Virus record (IMG/VR): IMGVR_UViG_3300027973_000030
Span: 32,001 to 96,000 of that record
DNA from: a virus
DNA: 64,000 bases
Reading direction: 5' to 3' (one strand)
Shown: positions 36,601-47,800 of the stretch, in pieces
Layout: the number at the start of each line of letters is the position of its first letter
How positions within the stretch are numbered: position 1 is the stretch's first letter
Notes under the pieces: model-generated
Seen by the model: only the letters and a program-made list of their open reading frames with translations
Database searches by the model: none
What the model was told of the DNA's origin: nothing
Made by a program: the position numbers and the translations under genes

Positions 36601-38855
36601 TTTACAACATTAAGCATGCTCTGAACTTCACGCATAAGCTTATATTGTTCTTGAGATCCCAATCCTAACTCAGGAATTGCAGCTAAACCTCTATATGATT
36701 CTATAAACTTCTCAGCTTCTAACACTACATCTATATATCCAGGATTACCAACCTTAGTTGGGTCTGTGATATACTTATACATATTTGTTAATGTACTCTT
36801 TGTATAGTTAAGTAGTCTACCAAATGAGATATCTGGTCTACCAGCATCTTTCATTTCTATAGCAGATAACAATTCAGATATTTTATCAACGCTCTGCTCA
36901 CGACTCTCTTCAGAAAAAGATTCAAATCTAGCAGACTTATTTAAGTTCTTTAAATACAACTCACGTTGACGTAACTTGTCTACAAAAGTTTTGATAGTAA
37001 ACTGAAGCTTATCTAATAAGTCTCCAGGAATATCATCATCTGGTTGTTCTTCTTCACCATTAAGAAAGTCTTCATCATTAGCAGGGTTCTGTAAACCTAA
37101 AGCTTTTTTATATCCTTTAACTTTACTCTTAGAACCTTTAGTTTTTACTATCTTTTCTACAAAACTTACATTAGCACTCGGCTGGTGTACCTGGATACCT
37201 TCCCATTCAAAGTCAGTAACCTTTTGTTCTTTACCAACACCTTCTATAGAAAGTTTAATATGTAAAGTCTGTACTCCTTTAACAGGAAAACCATTAATTT
37301 CTGCAAGTCTTTTATAAGTACCAACTTGTATACCATGTTGTTGCTGAGTAGTAAGAGGACCTTCTAATACAGATTCTTCCCCTACCGGGAACTTTCTATT
37401 ACGATAGTTATCACTTTTGTAACTATTCTTAGAAACTTTTAGATCAGTGATAAAAATATCACCATTAGGTTTAACTATAAATATATCTAGAGATCCTGCT
37501 ATACCGCTCTGAGGATCTGAAAGAATCACCTGCGGTAGAATAATAGAACCATCTGACATTATACCAATAACATAGCCTTGTAAAGCTTCGTATGATCTTC
37601 TTGATATATCTTCTGATATAATACCAGTCATGTTTTCTTTAGCCTGGTCAAAGGTTTTACCTTCAATAATATCTTGAAGAGTTAAATCAAACTGAGAACC
37701 AAATAAACGGTTAAGCTCAAACATCCCTTCTGGGTCATCAAGCTTACCTTTGATAGCAGTAGTTACAGACTTATATGTTTGTCCTGTAACAGTATGTACA
37801 TAGATATGATTCTTCTCTTCTAAGATAACACGTCCTGGATCTTCCTGGCCCGCTTTAGCTTCAAAATAGACATCATCTACTATTTTCTTTTGTAGGTCAT
37901 TACCTAACTGTCTAATACGATTTTTAAAACCTCTTGTTCTATCATCTAACTGATATGATGGCGTAGCACTTACCGGCATCCCTGTTAGATCTATCTTACT
38001 TTCAGACATGCTTATCATATCTGCAATGTCTTGTAAGTTATAGTTTACTTCTAAATCAGATAACTTGATACTAAAAACATTATTAAACATTCTACGTAAC
38101 CAGTTTTTAAACTGGGTCAACATAGACTGTCTCACTCTAGCAACTTGACTATCAGATATATCACCTGCATCAGTCATGTTACCTGCAGCTAATTTACCAA
38201 GGTAACTAATCAAAGCTTCATCCATCTGATCTTCTTCAGATAAGTTACTGTAACCCTCAGTAGCTTTAACATTTTCAATCTCAGCTAATCCTTCTTCTAT
38301 AGACTGAAGCTCTTTCATAAGCTTGTCATATAGAGACTTATTATCAGTTTTTAATACACTTATGAACGGGTGTAGATACTCATGAAATGGAGTATCCTTA
38401 CTAATTTCTTTAGCAGAGTTAATATAAACTTTACCGTTTTGAAACTTAGCTTTCCACTCAGCATTTGGTTCACTAACCATTTGATAATCAACACCAAATC
38501 TTTCCTTAAGTCTATCAAGCATTTTAGTAGCTGTAGCCATATCTACTGGAACTTGTGGTGTTTCAATCTTAGGAGCTTCTATTGTAGGCTCAGATCCTAA
38601 GTATTTTCTAACTGAACTAATAAATGGCTCGTTATTACTATCTACTAAACCTTTAGCTTCTCCAGATTCAAAGTCACCAAAGTAAGCTTTAAAAGATGGC
38701 GTGTATGCAAGTAGATACATATCTACAGCTAACTCTTGATCTTTACCTACTTCAGGTAATGAGATGATGTCACTATACAATTTAGACTCAACACCATTAG
38801 GAGCCTTAACTGTTACAACTTCACCTTTATCATTTCTAAATATTTTACAAGCCAT
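33696..38855 (-). CDS. large virion/ejected polyvalent protein (zincin-like + PD-(D/E)XK nuclease)
   Basis: N-terminal APNG..S.L...TPSFK.YFGD motif, HEYLH (38370-84), SVTT...AGSLD...TDLK...QVGTY; follows the RNAP gene as in crAss-like phages. Confidence 0.8.
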   Translation of the reverse strand: MACKIFRNDKGEVVTVKAPNGVESKLYSDIISLPEVGKDQELAVDMYLLAYTPSFKAYFGDFESGEAKGLVDSNNEPFISSVRKYLGSEPTIEAPKIETPQVPVDMATATKMLDRLKERFGVDYQMVSEPNAEWKAKFQNGKVYINSAKEISKDTPFHEYLHPFISVLKTDNKSLYDKLMKELQSIEEGLAEIENVKATEGYSNLSEEDQMDEALISYLGKLAAGNMTDAGDISDSQVARVRQSMLTQFKNWLRRMFNNVFSIKLSDLEVNYNLQDIADMISMSESKIDLTGMPVSATPSYQLDDRTRGFKNRIRQLGNDLQKKIVDDVYFEAKAGQEDPGRVILEEKNHIYVHTVTGQTYKSVTTAIKGKLDDPEGMFELNRLFGSQFDLTLQDIIEGKTFDQAKENMTGIISEDISRRSYEALQGYVIGIMSDGSIILPQVILSDPQSGIAGSLDIFIVKPNGDIFITDLKVSKNSYKSDNYRNRKFPVGEESVLEGPLTTQQQHGIQVGTYKRLAEINGFPVKGVQTLHIKLSIEGVGKEQKVTDFEWEGIQVHQPSANVSFVEKIVKTKGSKSKVKGYKKALGLQNPANDEDFLNGEEEQPDDDIPGDLLDKLQFTIKTFVDKLRQRELYLKNLNKSARFESFSEESREQSVDKISELLSAIEMKDAGRPDISFGRLLNYTKSTLTNMYKYITDPTKVGNPGYIDVVLEAEKFIESYRGLAAIPELGLGSQEQYKLMREVQSMLNVVKDQINPALESYMKDLIAKKSNGTLTEEEITKILKEGFDISLDQYALGDLQNSKERLLAIAANLYTEASQKAMNRTDEFVRKIKTAGNKLAAAFGVKKIDFSFMLNYDKDGNFSGRYLQVIGQKYYDLKKDIFALVRDDKGEKMTYIPIENLEDAKGEDVLYNIELQRRKDKVRQFRQAEQLDDNNNIISGEHHKYSSDFINERALYEVPHGPSAKRGILSWVKKSTVSDEAYRKFRDKHYDRVEYMGAVFEKNGVYKGRTELKTGYFVKAKYIEIRETTLAGKEMRDERYVKLMNPTTEVERAQKEFFEVFNKEMRATLEMLPIDIQQKMLGKVARVKDNYINAAKRNGASTLGAIAKSVRSWFDVSGRVHSTQRLTDDEGVPVDNLPILYTNDPRNEARINAINEKITELKNAYVLEKSISNNVYEQELKKLELSLAIENGKINFNDINTDLVENLIAFRMMAEKFEQMSDIESSLLAIAKTVEKKKYFAANSIEEKFTKKGTDGESVYKKEGDSLANQRLKKWFKMVYYNNDEYDYSTFAQVSAKLQNITSLKGIGFNVFGAVNNYVMGRINNAIEAYGGVYFDRPAYFRATGEYNKDYMPGLMKGMGSKDGVYDLHKPNSKYEAVVKYFRMVRKYQENSGKVNSLELAYIFQEGGEFNVQSKTGIAVTMSSKFELTNKNTGEKMSIFDALNFDENTGELTLKPGFEIDEALRTKVTNYVYEVNKQIHGNYAWEDRMVIQSHWLGELGAQFHKWVYPMFRARFVKRYDNENLGEIEGRYRTFWNVMKHVYQTEQGFLAKTGGLLGILVPGSKTYKNMSEMEVRNMYKNIAELGFFMASVAMAYLFKMLASGLDDDDKEVKRLLNFMIYQQTRQQQEILTFIPVLGTSQQYQMAKNPLAALTTLRDYGEVLASAASIPFPPYDKNYYERGTHKGDLKAWKELKDVVPALGMLNRWEAFDNVKSFYIR

Positions 38856-38883
38856 GTGTTATGTGTATATAAATTAATAATTA

Positions 38884-41800
38884 TTATCCTGCTGCTTCAC
38901 AACCAGCGTCATCTTCTTTCTTACGCTCATCTAACTCTTTCCTTCTAGCTTCTAACAATATCTTCATATTTTTCTTAGCTTCTTCAGGATCAACTTCAAA
39001 GTTAGGAACTTTTATGTCAGTTTCCTCAGTAGCTTTAAAAGTATTTTTCATAGCTTTAGGTGACGTAGTTTCCTCTCTAGGAGCTTGATTTAGCATACGT
39101 AGTAACTCAGCAGGTTCTGTAATATCAGTTTGATATGGTGTGTTCTTACCATTTTCTACTTTAAAGAATGTAATCTTATTACCTATAAACTGAATACGAA
39201 TACCCCAATCTTGCTGTAGCTCATAAGCTTCTTGAGAAGTTAACACTGGATTTATATTTCCTATAATGTTATCTATAGATGCTTCAGCTTTAGATATAGA
39301 ATCATCAAGACCGTACTTCTTACTGTTTGCAGCTTGCCTATTTCTAAGAACTACATTAGTAGGCATCTCACCTGTTAAACCTCCAACCTTCCATTGTTTC
39401 TTAGAACCAGTGGGATCAAACTTCTCATAGATAGCTGTATTACTTAATGCTATAGTATCACCTACTTCTTTAATAAATGAACCAATACCTTCTGTAGGAG
39501 TAGACTTAGTAACAGTTTCTTGTAGTCTTGTAAGTTCTGCATTTAAATACTCAAATGTTCTAGGAGCTTTCTCTGAAAGTTTAGCTAATCCAACACCAAT
39601 TGGGGGAACTAATAATTTATTATATTTACCTGTATTCCAAGCTGCAATAATATTGTCTATATCTGCAGTAATTATACGTGCATTTTCTTCAAACTGATTA
39701 TCAGATTTAAAAGCAGAATCATCCATATTAGGAGCTTTCTTAGTAGAAATACCCATAGCATTAGGTTCTCCTCTCATCTCTTTAGCTTGACCACCCAAAC
39801 CACTTCTTTGATCATTATCTCCAAAGACATATAATGTACCTGGATTTTTCTTAAGATCTTCTCTTTTAAGAATTCTAGTAGTTCTTGAAAAAGCAGTAGC
39901 TGTATCTACTTTTTTAGCAGTGCTTCTAAGCTTATAGAAAATAGCCTTTTCATTAACTCCTTTTTGACCAGTTACAATTTTAATAGTATAAGGAAGTTCA
40001 ATATAGTATCTATTGTTACCTTTATCATCAGGACGATTTGTTAATTTAAAACCGTTAGCTTTAAGAACTTCTTTATTATAGTTTAACTTATCTAGGTCTT
40101 TTTGTTCAAATTTACCTGTAGCTATAACTTCATCTATAAATTCATTACCGTATTGATCAGTTAACAACATCATTTCTGGTTTACGAATACCACCAAACAA
40201 GTCAATTGCTAATATAGAATTATCTTCAGACTGCAGTATGACTTCAGGTACATATCCTTTAGGTTTATTCTTTTCAACCTCTGTTGAAGGTTTAGCACCT
40301 GCATAAACACGCTTGATATTAAATGCATTATTAATATTTGTAGTGTATAATCCAGTAAACTGATTAAACAACTCCATAGCTGTAGCACCAAATATTTCTT
40401 TATACTTCTCATTATCATTAATTAAAGCATCTTCTTTAAGTAATTGATGAGAAACTCCTGTTGCATCTAACAACTCTTTAAACATAGCAGGAGGAATAAA
40501 CTTAATAAAACTACCGCTCTTAAACTGACCACCGTCTTTAACTATAAGATAGTTAAACATGTTGTAAGCTAACTGTCTAGTCTTAGGATTACTATATATC
40601 TCAATAAAGCTATCTGCAATACGATTTTGTTCGTACTCTCCTAACTTAGCCCATGTATTAGACTCTACAGTGTTGATACCACCTCTAGACTTAGCATTGT
40701 AATATTCTTGACTGCTGTTAGCGTCATATAACTTTACAGGAATAATGTTTAAGAACTTATTAGCAAAGTAGTTCTTAGGTAATTGCTGTCTTATAGACTT
40801 AACTGTATCAATTATATCCATAAATCCATCACCTCTAGACACAGCTTCAGCATCATAAATCATAGCATTATCTAAACCGGCAAGCTTAGCTCCTTTACCA
40901 TTTACCTTTAAGTATTGTACATAAGCTTTGATACCTAGGTAAGCTATAATGTCACGCTTAAGTGTTGTGTTAAAAGTCTCAGTCTCTTTCTTAGTAACTT
41001 GTAAGTTGTTAAGAATTGTATTCTTAAGCCTTTGGAAGATGTAAGTCTTTTCTGTAAAGACACTCTTCTGAAGTTCTTTAATCTGATTCTTTATTCTTAT
41101 ATAGTTAGCTGTAATATTGTGATGTGGTTTAGCAGCTTCTTTACCTGTAAGTACTTGACGAACATCAAAAGGTATCTTACTCTTAGCAAAATCAACATCA
41201 CCCATATTCAAACCTAACATCTCTTCTTTCTCTTCTATCTTATCAATAGACTCATTACTTGTACCTAAACCTTTAGATAGTTTAAGTACTTGAGCTACAG
41301 CAGAATAGTATTCAGTTTGGTTATAAAACTGTAAGAAAGAATTGAATACTGCAAAGTCAACGTCTGAATTAGTACCTGCAGACTTAATATTATTCTCTAA
41401 CAAATCAGTAGTAATATCTTGTACTCCAGAATCTTTAGATAGTTTAGAAGCAAGTTCTTCTAATAGCTTATCACCCACTTGTGACTTAATTAACTTTTCT
41501 TCTTGAGTAGTTTTAATCTTTTTAGAAGCTACCTCAATACGTTTGTAGAACTCACGAACCGATGGCTGTAAGTTAAACATAAGTGCTGTTTCTAAAGGTA
41601 CACCTAGTGCCACCATATTAGATACAACACCTACAGCATTAATATTAAGACCAAGTCTAGCAGCTAAACGCTCTTTAGCGTTATCCGTCATAGCAGATAC
41701 TATAGCAGAAATATGATAGAATATACGCTCACCTTCGTAAGTGTCAGTATCTTTATTATATGCCTTATTATATTCATAACTGTTAAACTTATGACCATCT

Positions 41801-44800
41801 ATAGTAAGTACAAACATCTCTTCACCTGCACCATTAGTTTCTCTAATTCTAGTTTGTTTACCAAAACTATTCATAACAGAGTAAACCAACATAGAGTTTA
41901 CAGCTGGTCCAATATTACGAGCTCCTTCTTTATTATTTTTAAATGCTTTGTATTGACCAATCATTGAATCAACATCTGATCCAGTTTCAACAAGTACATC
42001 TCTTAATATAGGGAATCTATCTATAAAATTATCTACAACATCAATAAGAGGTTGAACCTCAGCTACTTGGAATGCTGATGGTATAGAACCATCTTTAGTC
42101 TTAGTAACTCCATCATTATTCTGTAGCTTTATTTTAGCTTCAAGAATACGATTGTTAAGAACACCGTTATTAAGTTCACCATATTGATCTACAGCTTTAG
42201 CATACTCATCAGCATTACTAGGTAATCCTAATTCTTTTAAAGCATTTTCAATCATCATTGATTCCAAAGACTTAGTTAATAAATCTTTAGCTAACTCTTC
42301 AAAGCTATCATAAATACCACCTTCTTCTGAATAGACTTCGTCATCTTGAGCTTCATCTCTAAGTTGTACAAGTTTAGTTTTAAAAGTTTTATTGTTAGCC
42401 TGTAAATACATTACATATTCTGTAAACTTTCCTTCTTTAGTTTTATCTGTACCGTACGCTACACGCTCTCCATCTTTACGATAAAAGTCCATGATTTGCA
42501 TGTACACCTTATCTATATCAAAGTCAGCTCCAGAGATCTCAATCAACTCATGAGGGAACACTGCAGTAGAACCATAGAATGCCGGTAAGAAATCTATAAG
42601 TTTAGTAGTAGCAAATGAGTGCTTATCCTGTGAAGGAATACGTACAGCAAATGCTTTTAAAGCAGCTTCTGAAATAGTACCATCTTCATTGTACATACGC
42701 ATATCTTCTCTAAAGTGAGGAGGCATCATATACTCTGTAAAGTAACCTGTGATATTACCTTGTTCATCAAACTCAGGTACATTATGTCTTAAATCATCTA
42801 TGTAAATATCACCAACTTTTAAACCATCAAACTCACGATCCATATCATTATTAAAACGCTTAGCTGCTTTTACTTCAGCTAGTAACGCTCTATCTTTTTC
42901 GTATTGACGTCTAGTAATAACTTCCCAACTTAATGGTTGACCATTCTCATCTAGTCTAGTTACACGCTTAGCAACCTTCATACCATAGTTAGAAGCTAAA
43001 GCTAAAGAGTGACCTGGAGCTTTCTCACTCATTACACCTTTAGAGAAATAAGCTAAGAACAATTGAGTAAACTTATCTAATGTAATAGGGTGGTTAAGAT
43101 CATACTTAGGAGTATACTCACCAGTTTCTTTATTCTTTATAGGAGTAAAGAACTCAATCAATTGAGGATCAGCACCTGTAGACTTAAGAGTTTCAACTTG
43201 TTTACTTAAGAACTTACCTAATGTAGGAGTAATCTGAGATTGTTTAAGAGACTTTTTAAGTTCTTTAAATGCTCCTTCAATATCAAACATCTCATCACGA
43301 GCTGAAAAGAAGTTATTCTTAACACGCTGTTCAGTATCAGATAAGTAGTTATCAATCACTTGACCTAAAGTCATCTCTTCTCCTTGGTAGTTAACTATAA
43401 GATCTCTTGACTGCTCAGCAATAATTAACTGCTTAGCTTGTGTAGGATCAGTAATTAACAACTTGTTAGAAGGGTTTTCTAACTGAAGTCTCCAGAAATT
43501 ATTATCATGCTCTACAAAATTCTCATTTGTAATTGAATTTACATCTGAAGCAATGTTTTGTTTAACCCCTTTAGAAGCAGACTTAGGTATAGCAAATGTA
43601 ATAGTCTCGTTAGCAGCTTCGTATCCTTCAAGTTTTTCTCTAAGTGTATGAAGTTCTTCGTAGCCTGGTCTTGCTATCCAACTATTACCTTGTGGAAGAG
43701 ATGTAAGTTGCTTAGTAAGTATAATACCAGAAGTTTTAATGTACTTTTTACCATCATTGTAAACAAGCTTGATTGAATTTGTCTGAGCATTATAAGTGAT
43801 AGATCCACCTCTTGTACGAGTGATGCCATCTTTATCTTTAACACGCTCTCCAAAAATATCTTTTACAGATACATCTTGACCTTTTTCAATCTTATCTAGT
43901 AATTCAGCTTGAGCTTGGTTTAATTTACCAAGTCCAAACAATGTATAGCGTAAAGCTTTTACAGACATCCACATCTGAGCATCTGCTTTCTCTTTATTCT
44001 TACCTGAAAACTTACCTTTGTATTGAGGATCAGTAATAGTAACTACGTGTGACTTAGTATTAGTATGATTGATGCCTAAGTTAGATGCTGTAACAACACT
44101 AGATATGTTATTACCAGAACCATTTAAACCTTTATTACGCTTAACTTCATCTATACCACCATCGTTCTTATAGTTCTCAGCAGCATCTCCAATAAACAAT
44201 TGTCTAGCTGACAATGTATTAATAAAGTTGTTTACTAGAACTTGACCAATGTTATGCTCAGCTGCACCTACTACCATGTTTAGCATGGCGTTTCTGTCTT
44301 TATCAGTTTTACCGTTGCTCTTAAATCCTTGGAAGACATAGTTATTAAGCAATTGACTATATAAAGTATCTTTCTCAGAAACTCCAATGATACCTTGATC
44401 TTTTAATAGTTTAACCATTTGATCAACTTGACCACCATCTCCCAACCAATATTTGTTGATTGCAGATAAGATCTCATCATTGTATTGAGCAATGTCTTCA
44501 CTATTCTTAGCAGCATCTTCTAAAGTAGAAGTTAAACTACCAAGCATATTACCCATCTTAATAAACTTAAGACCTCTCTCTTCACCATTATGATATCCTT
44601 CTATGATACCATTAGTATATCTACCGCTTTCTATTTCACTATTTACTCTAGCTATTCTCTCAAACTCACGTTTTACTTCGTTAAACAATATTTTTTCAGC
44701 ATCTTTAGTAAGAAGTATTTCACCTTTCTTATATTCAACAGATCTAATTACAGGCAAGTTTAACATATCTGCGGTATTAGATGCTTCTAAGACAGCTAAT

Positions 44801-47800
44801 AACACTGAAGATGTCATAAACTCTTTACGAGGCTGACCATCTGCAGCAGGGATCACATGCTTTTTATTGTTTGCATATAACTCAAATAGACTAATCAAGA
44901 ACTCACGGTCAGACATGCTACCGTAAGTAACTCCATCATTTTGGTTTACATTAAGACGCTTATCTTCTGTTAAAGTTCCATCTTCATTCTTAGTAAGACT
45001 AGATGCTTTAATACCATCTATACGAGAAACCTTAATAGTATCAGCAATATAGTTAAAGAAAGGACTATTTAATAAGTGGTTGGTAGCCAAGAACTTATTC
45101 TTCTTAAGTTCATTACGGAACTCTTCTTTCTGTAATTCAGCAGCTCTCACTAAATTAAATGTAGGTAACTGATGAGAGTATACAAGTTCACCTTCTGCAT
45201 TCTTATAAGAAGTAGAAGACACTTGTTCATCAAATACAGCATTACCAGCAGCTATCTTAGTCAAACGACCAATGGCAGCATCTACATCATCTTCAACATC
45301 TTCTTCTTGATTTTCAAAATCTTCTTCAGATTGAATCTTAGGTTCTTCAGCAGCAGTTAATGTAGAGACTTGTTGCTCAGATTCAGCAATCTTATCTGGA
45401 TCAATATTAGTACCAAATGGATTTTTACCACTTCTAATAGCAGCACCAATTTCTCTAGCGTCATCTTCAGTCATTACCTCAGTACCCTCAAATGCTTTAA
45501 GAATTCTTAAGTCATCATCTGTAAGATCTTTAGTATCTACACTTGATAGATAACTATACTTGACAAATAATGGAGATAAAGAAATACCTAACTCATCTTT
45601 TAAAGAAAGTATAATATTATCAATTTGAGTGGTAAGTACGTCTTTACTATATACATTTCCTTTCTTTAATATAGTAGCAAGCTTATCTAAAGCAACTGTT
45701 TTAGTCTTTATAAACTTAGAAAGACTCTCAGAATCTCTAGGCGTATCTGCATATTGATCTGCATACAGTCTCAAGAAAGCATTATACCATATAGAAAATT
45801 GATTTCTAGCAGCTCCTTTACGGTTAGCTTCACTAACTCTAGTTTCTTTCTTAGAGATATCTTTATTAATAAAGTAGTAATCAACAGAGAATTGATTAAA
45901 TCCTTTTACAACAGCTTGGAATAAATTAGCTTGATTCTTGTTACCGATATCTACAAAGTTTCCATCTTCATCATATTGTAGATCAACGTCATTAGAAAAC
46001 TTAGTCCAGAACTTTCTAGCTTCTGGATTATGCTCAGCAAATATTTTTAAACGCTCAAGCATCTGATACTGATCAGTAGAACCTGCTACAGCTTTAAGAA
46101 TACCATTATATAATACGTTTGCGTTAACAGCTTCAATTAATACTTCTTCAGTAGGAGCACCATCTTCAGAAACAAATCTAGTGTTACCAAACTCATCAAC
46201 TGTTTCTTCTGTAATAGTAGATAGGTATTGACGTAGTTCTTTAGATAGAGAACCATATCCTCCAATACTATAAGTTTCTTTCCAGTTATCTGTAGTTACT
46301 CTGTCTCCGTATTCATCTACTTGCTGGTCAAATTCATCAGATTCTAGCTCTTCTTGATAACCCATAATACGAGTATGCTCACGTATAGAATCTTTAAGAG
46401 TTTCTATTAACTCAGGATTACTAAATATTTTATATTTCTGATCTAATTTTTCTATAGCTTTTTGCATAGCTAAAGCATTTTCAAACCTTTCTACAAACTC
46501 ATCTGATTGATAGTAAGGGTTAATTCTTCTATCATATAGGTTAGCATAGTCAGCAAGTACACCATCCATGATATCTACACTATGGTCAGTTAATCCAGCT
46601 TCAGACATACGTCTATGATATATAGCTGCAATAGTAGAAGCTAATACGTCTCCTTCTTGTTGACTTAAGTATATAGGAATACGTTCTCTCTCACCATCTT
46701 CATTATCTATAACAGTATACCCAATCTGAATAGCTTTTAAAGCTGTCTGAGTAACTGCAATATTAGGACCAGTAGTAAATCTATTAGTAGCTAATGCAGC
46801 ATTCTTATAGTTACCTTTCTCTATAGATTGAAATAATCTATCTAAAGGAGATGCCTTAATGTTCTTGAAAAAGCTTCTAATAAAGTCTAATAACTTTCTA
46901 AAGAAACCTTTATTTTCTGCAGAAGTAGGAGTCTTAATATCAGACTTCCATGCATCAAACTTATCTGCTAAATATTCTTCATATACACGCTCTTCTAATT
47001 GTTCTTCAGTAAGCTTAGAATAGAACTCTGGTTTAGAAGCTATTAATTCTTGTTTAAGTTTAGATAAGCTCTTACCTTGTTGACGAAGCTCTTGCTTAGC
47101 AATATTCAAGTACTTATCAATCTGTTGATCAGTAAGAAGCATACGGAAAATACCGTGGAATGCTTCATGATATTTAAAAGGGGTATTTTTACCTACAGCA
47201 ATCTTACCTTCTAGTCTATTGTTTAACTCATTCATATGAGTATAAAACATACCAACTGTCACACCTTCTGCCTTCATCTTACGAGCCATATTACTAAGCT
47301 CTTCTACAGAAATAAATTCTGGTAAATGTTGTTGAGCCCACTTTCTAAACTCATTAATATGTACAGCGTCTTCTCCTGTAAGTCTATCTGACACTTTAAG
47401 AGCAGCACTGTTATTAATCTGAGCAATCTCTTGATTAACAGCAGCTACACGTGGATCAGCATTATAGTTATGCTTCATCACATCAACTCTTTTCATACCA
47501 GATTTAAGAAGCTCACCTTCTATCTCATTGATTAAAGCATCTTTCTTATCACTAAGTTCTTGTAATCTATCTTGAGCACTAGTTTTCTTTTGCTCAGCTT
47601 TACGTCTAGCTAAAAACTCTGCTTGTGCAGCAGCAATAGCTGGAGGTATAACCACACCTTCTAATGCAGCATCTGATGGTTCTTGATTTACTTTAGGTTT
47701 ACTAGTAGGTACTATAACATTGCTAGATGGAGAAATCTGTTGTTTCTTAGGGTATACAAATATACCTTCATTCTTAACTACAGGTTTATTTACACCCGAT

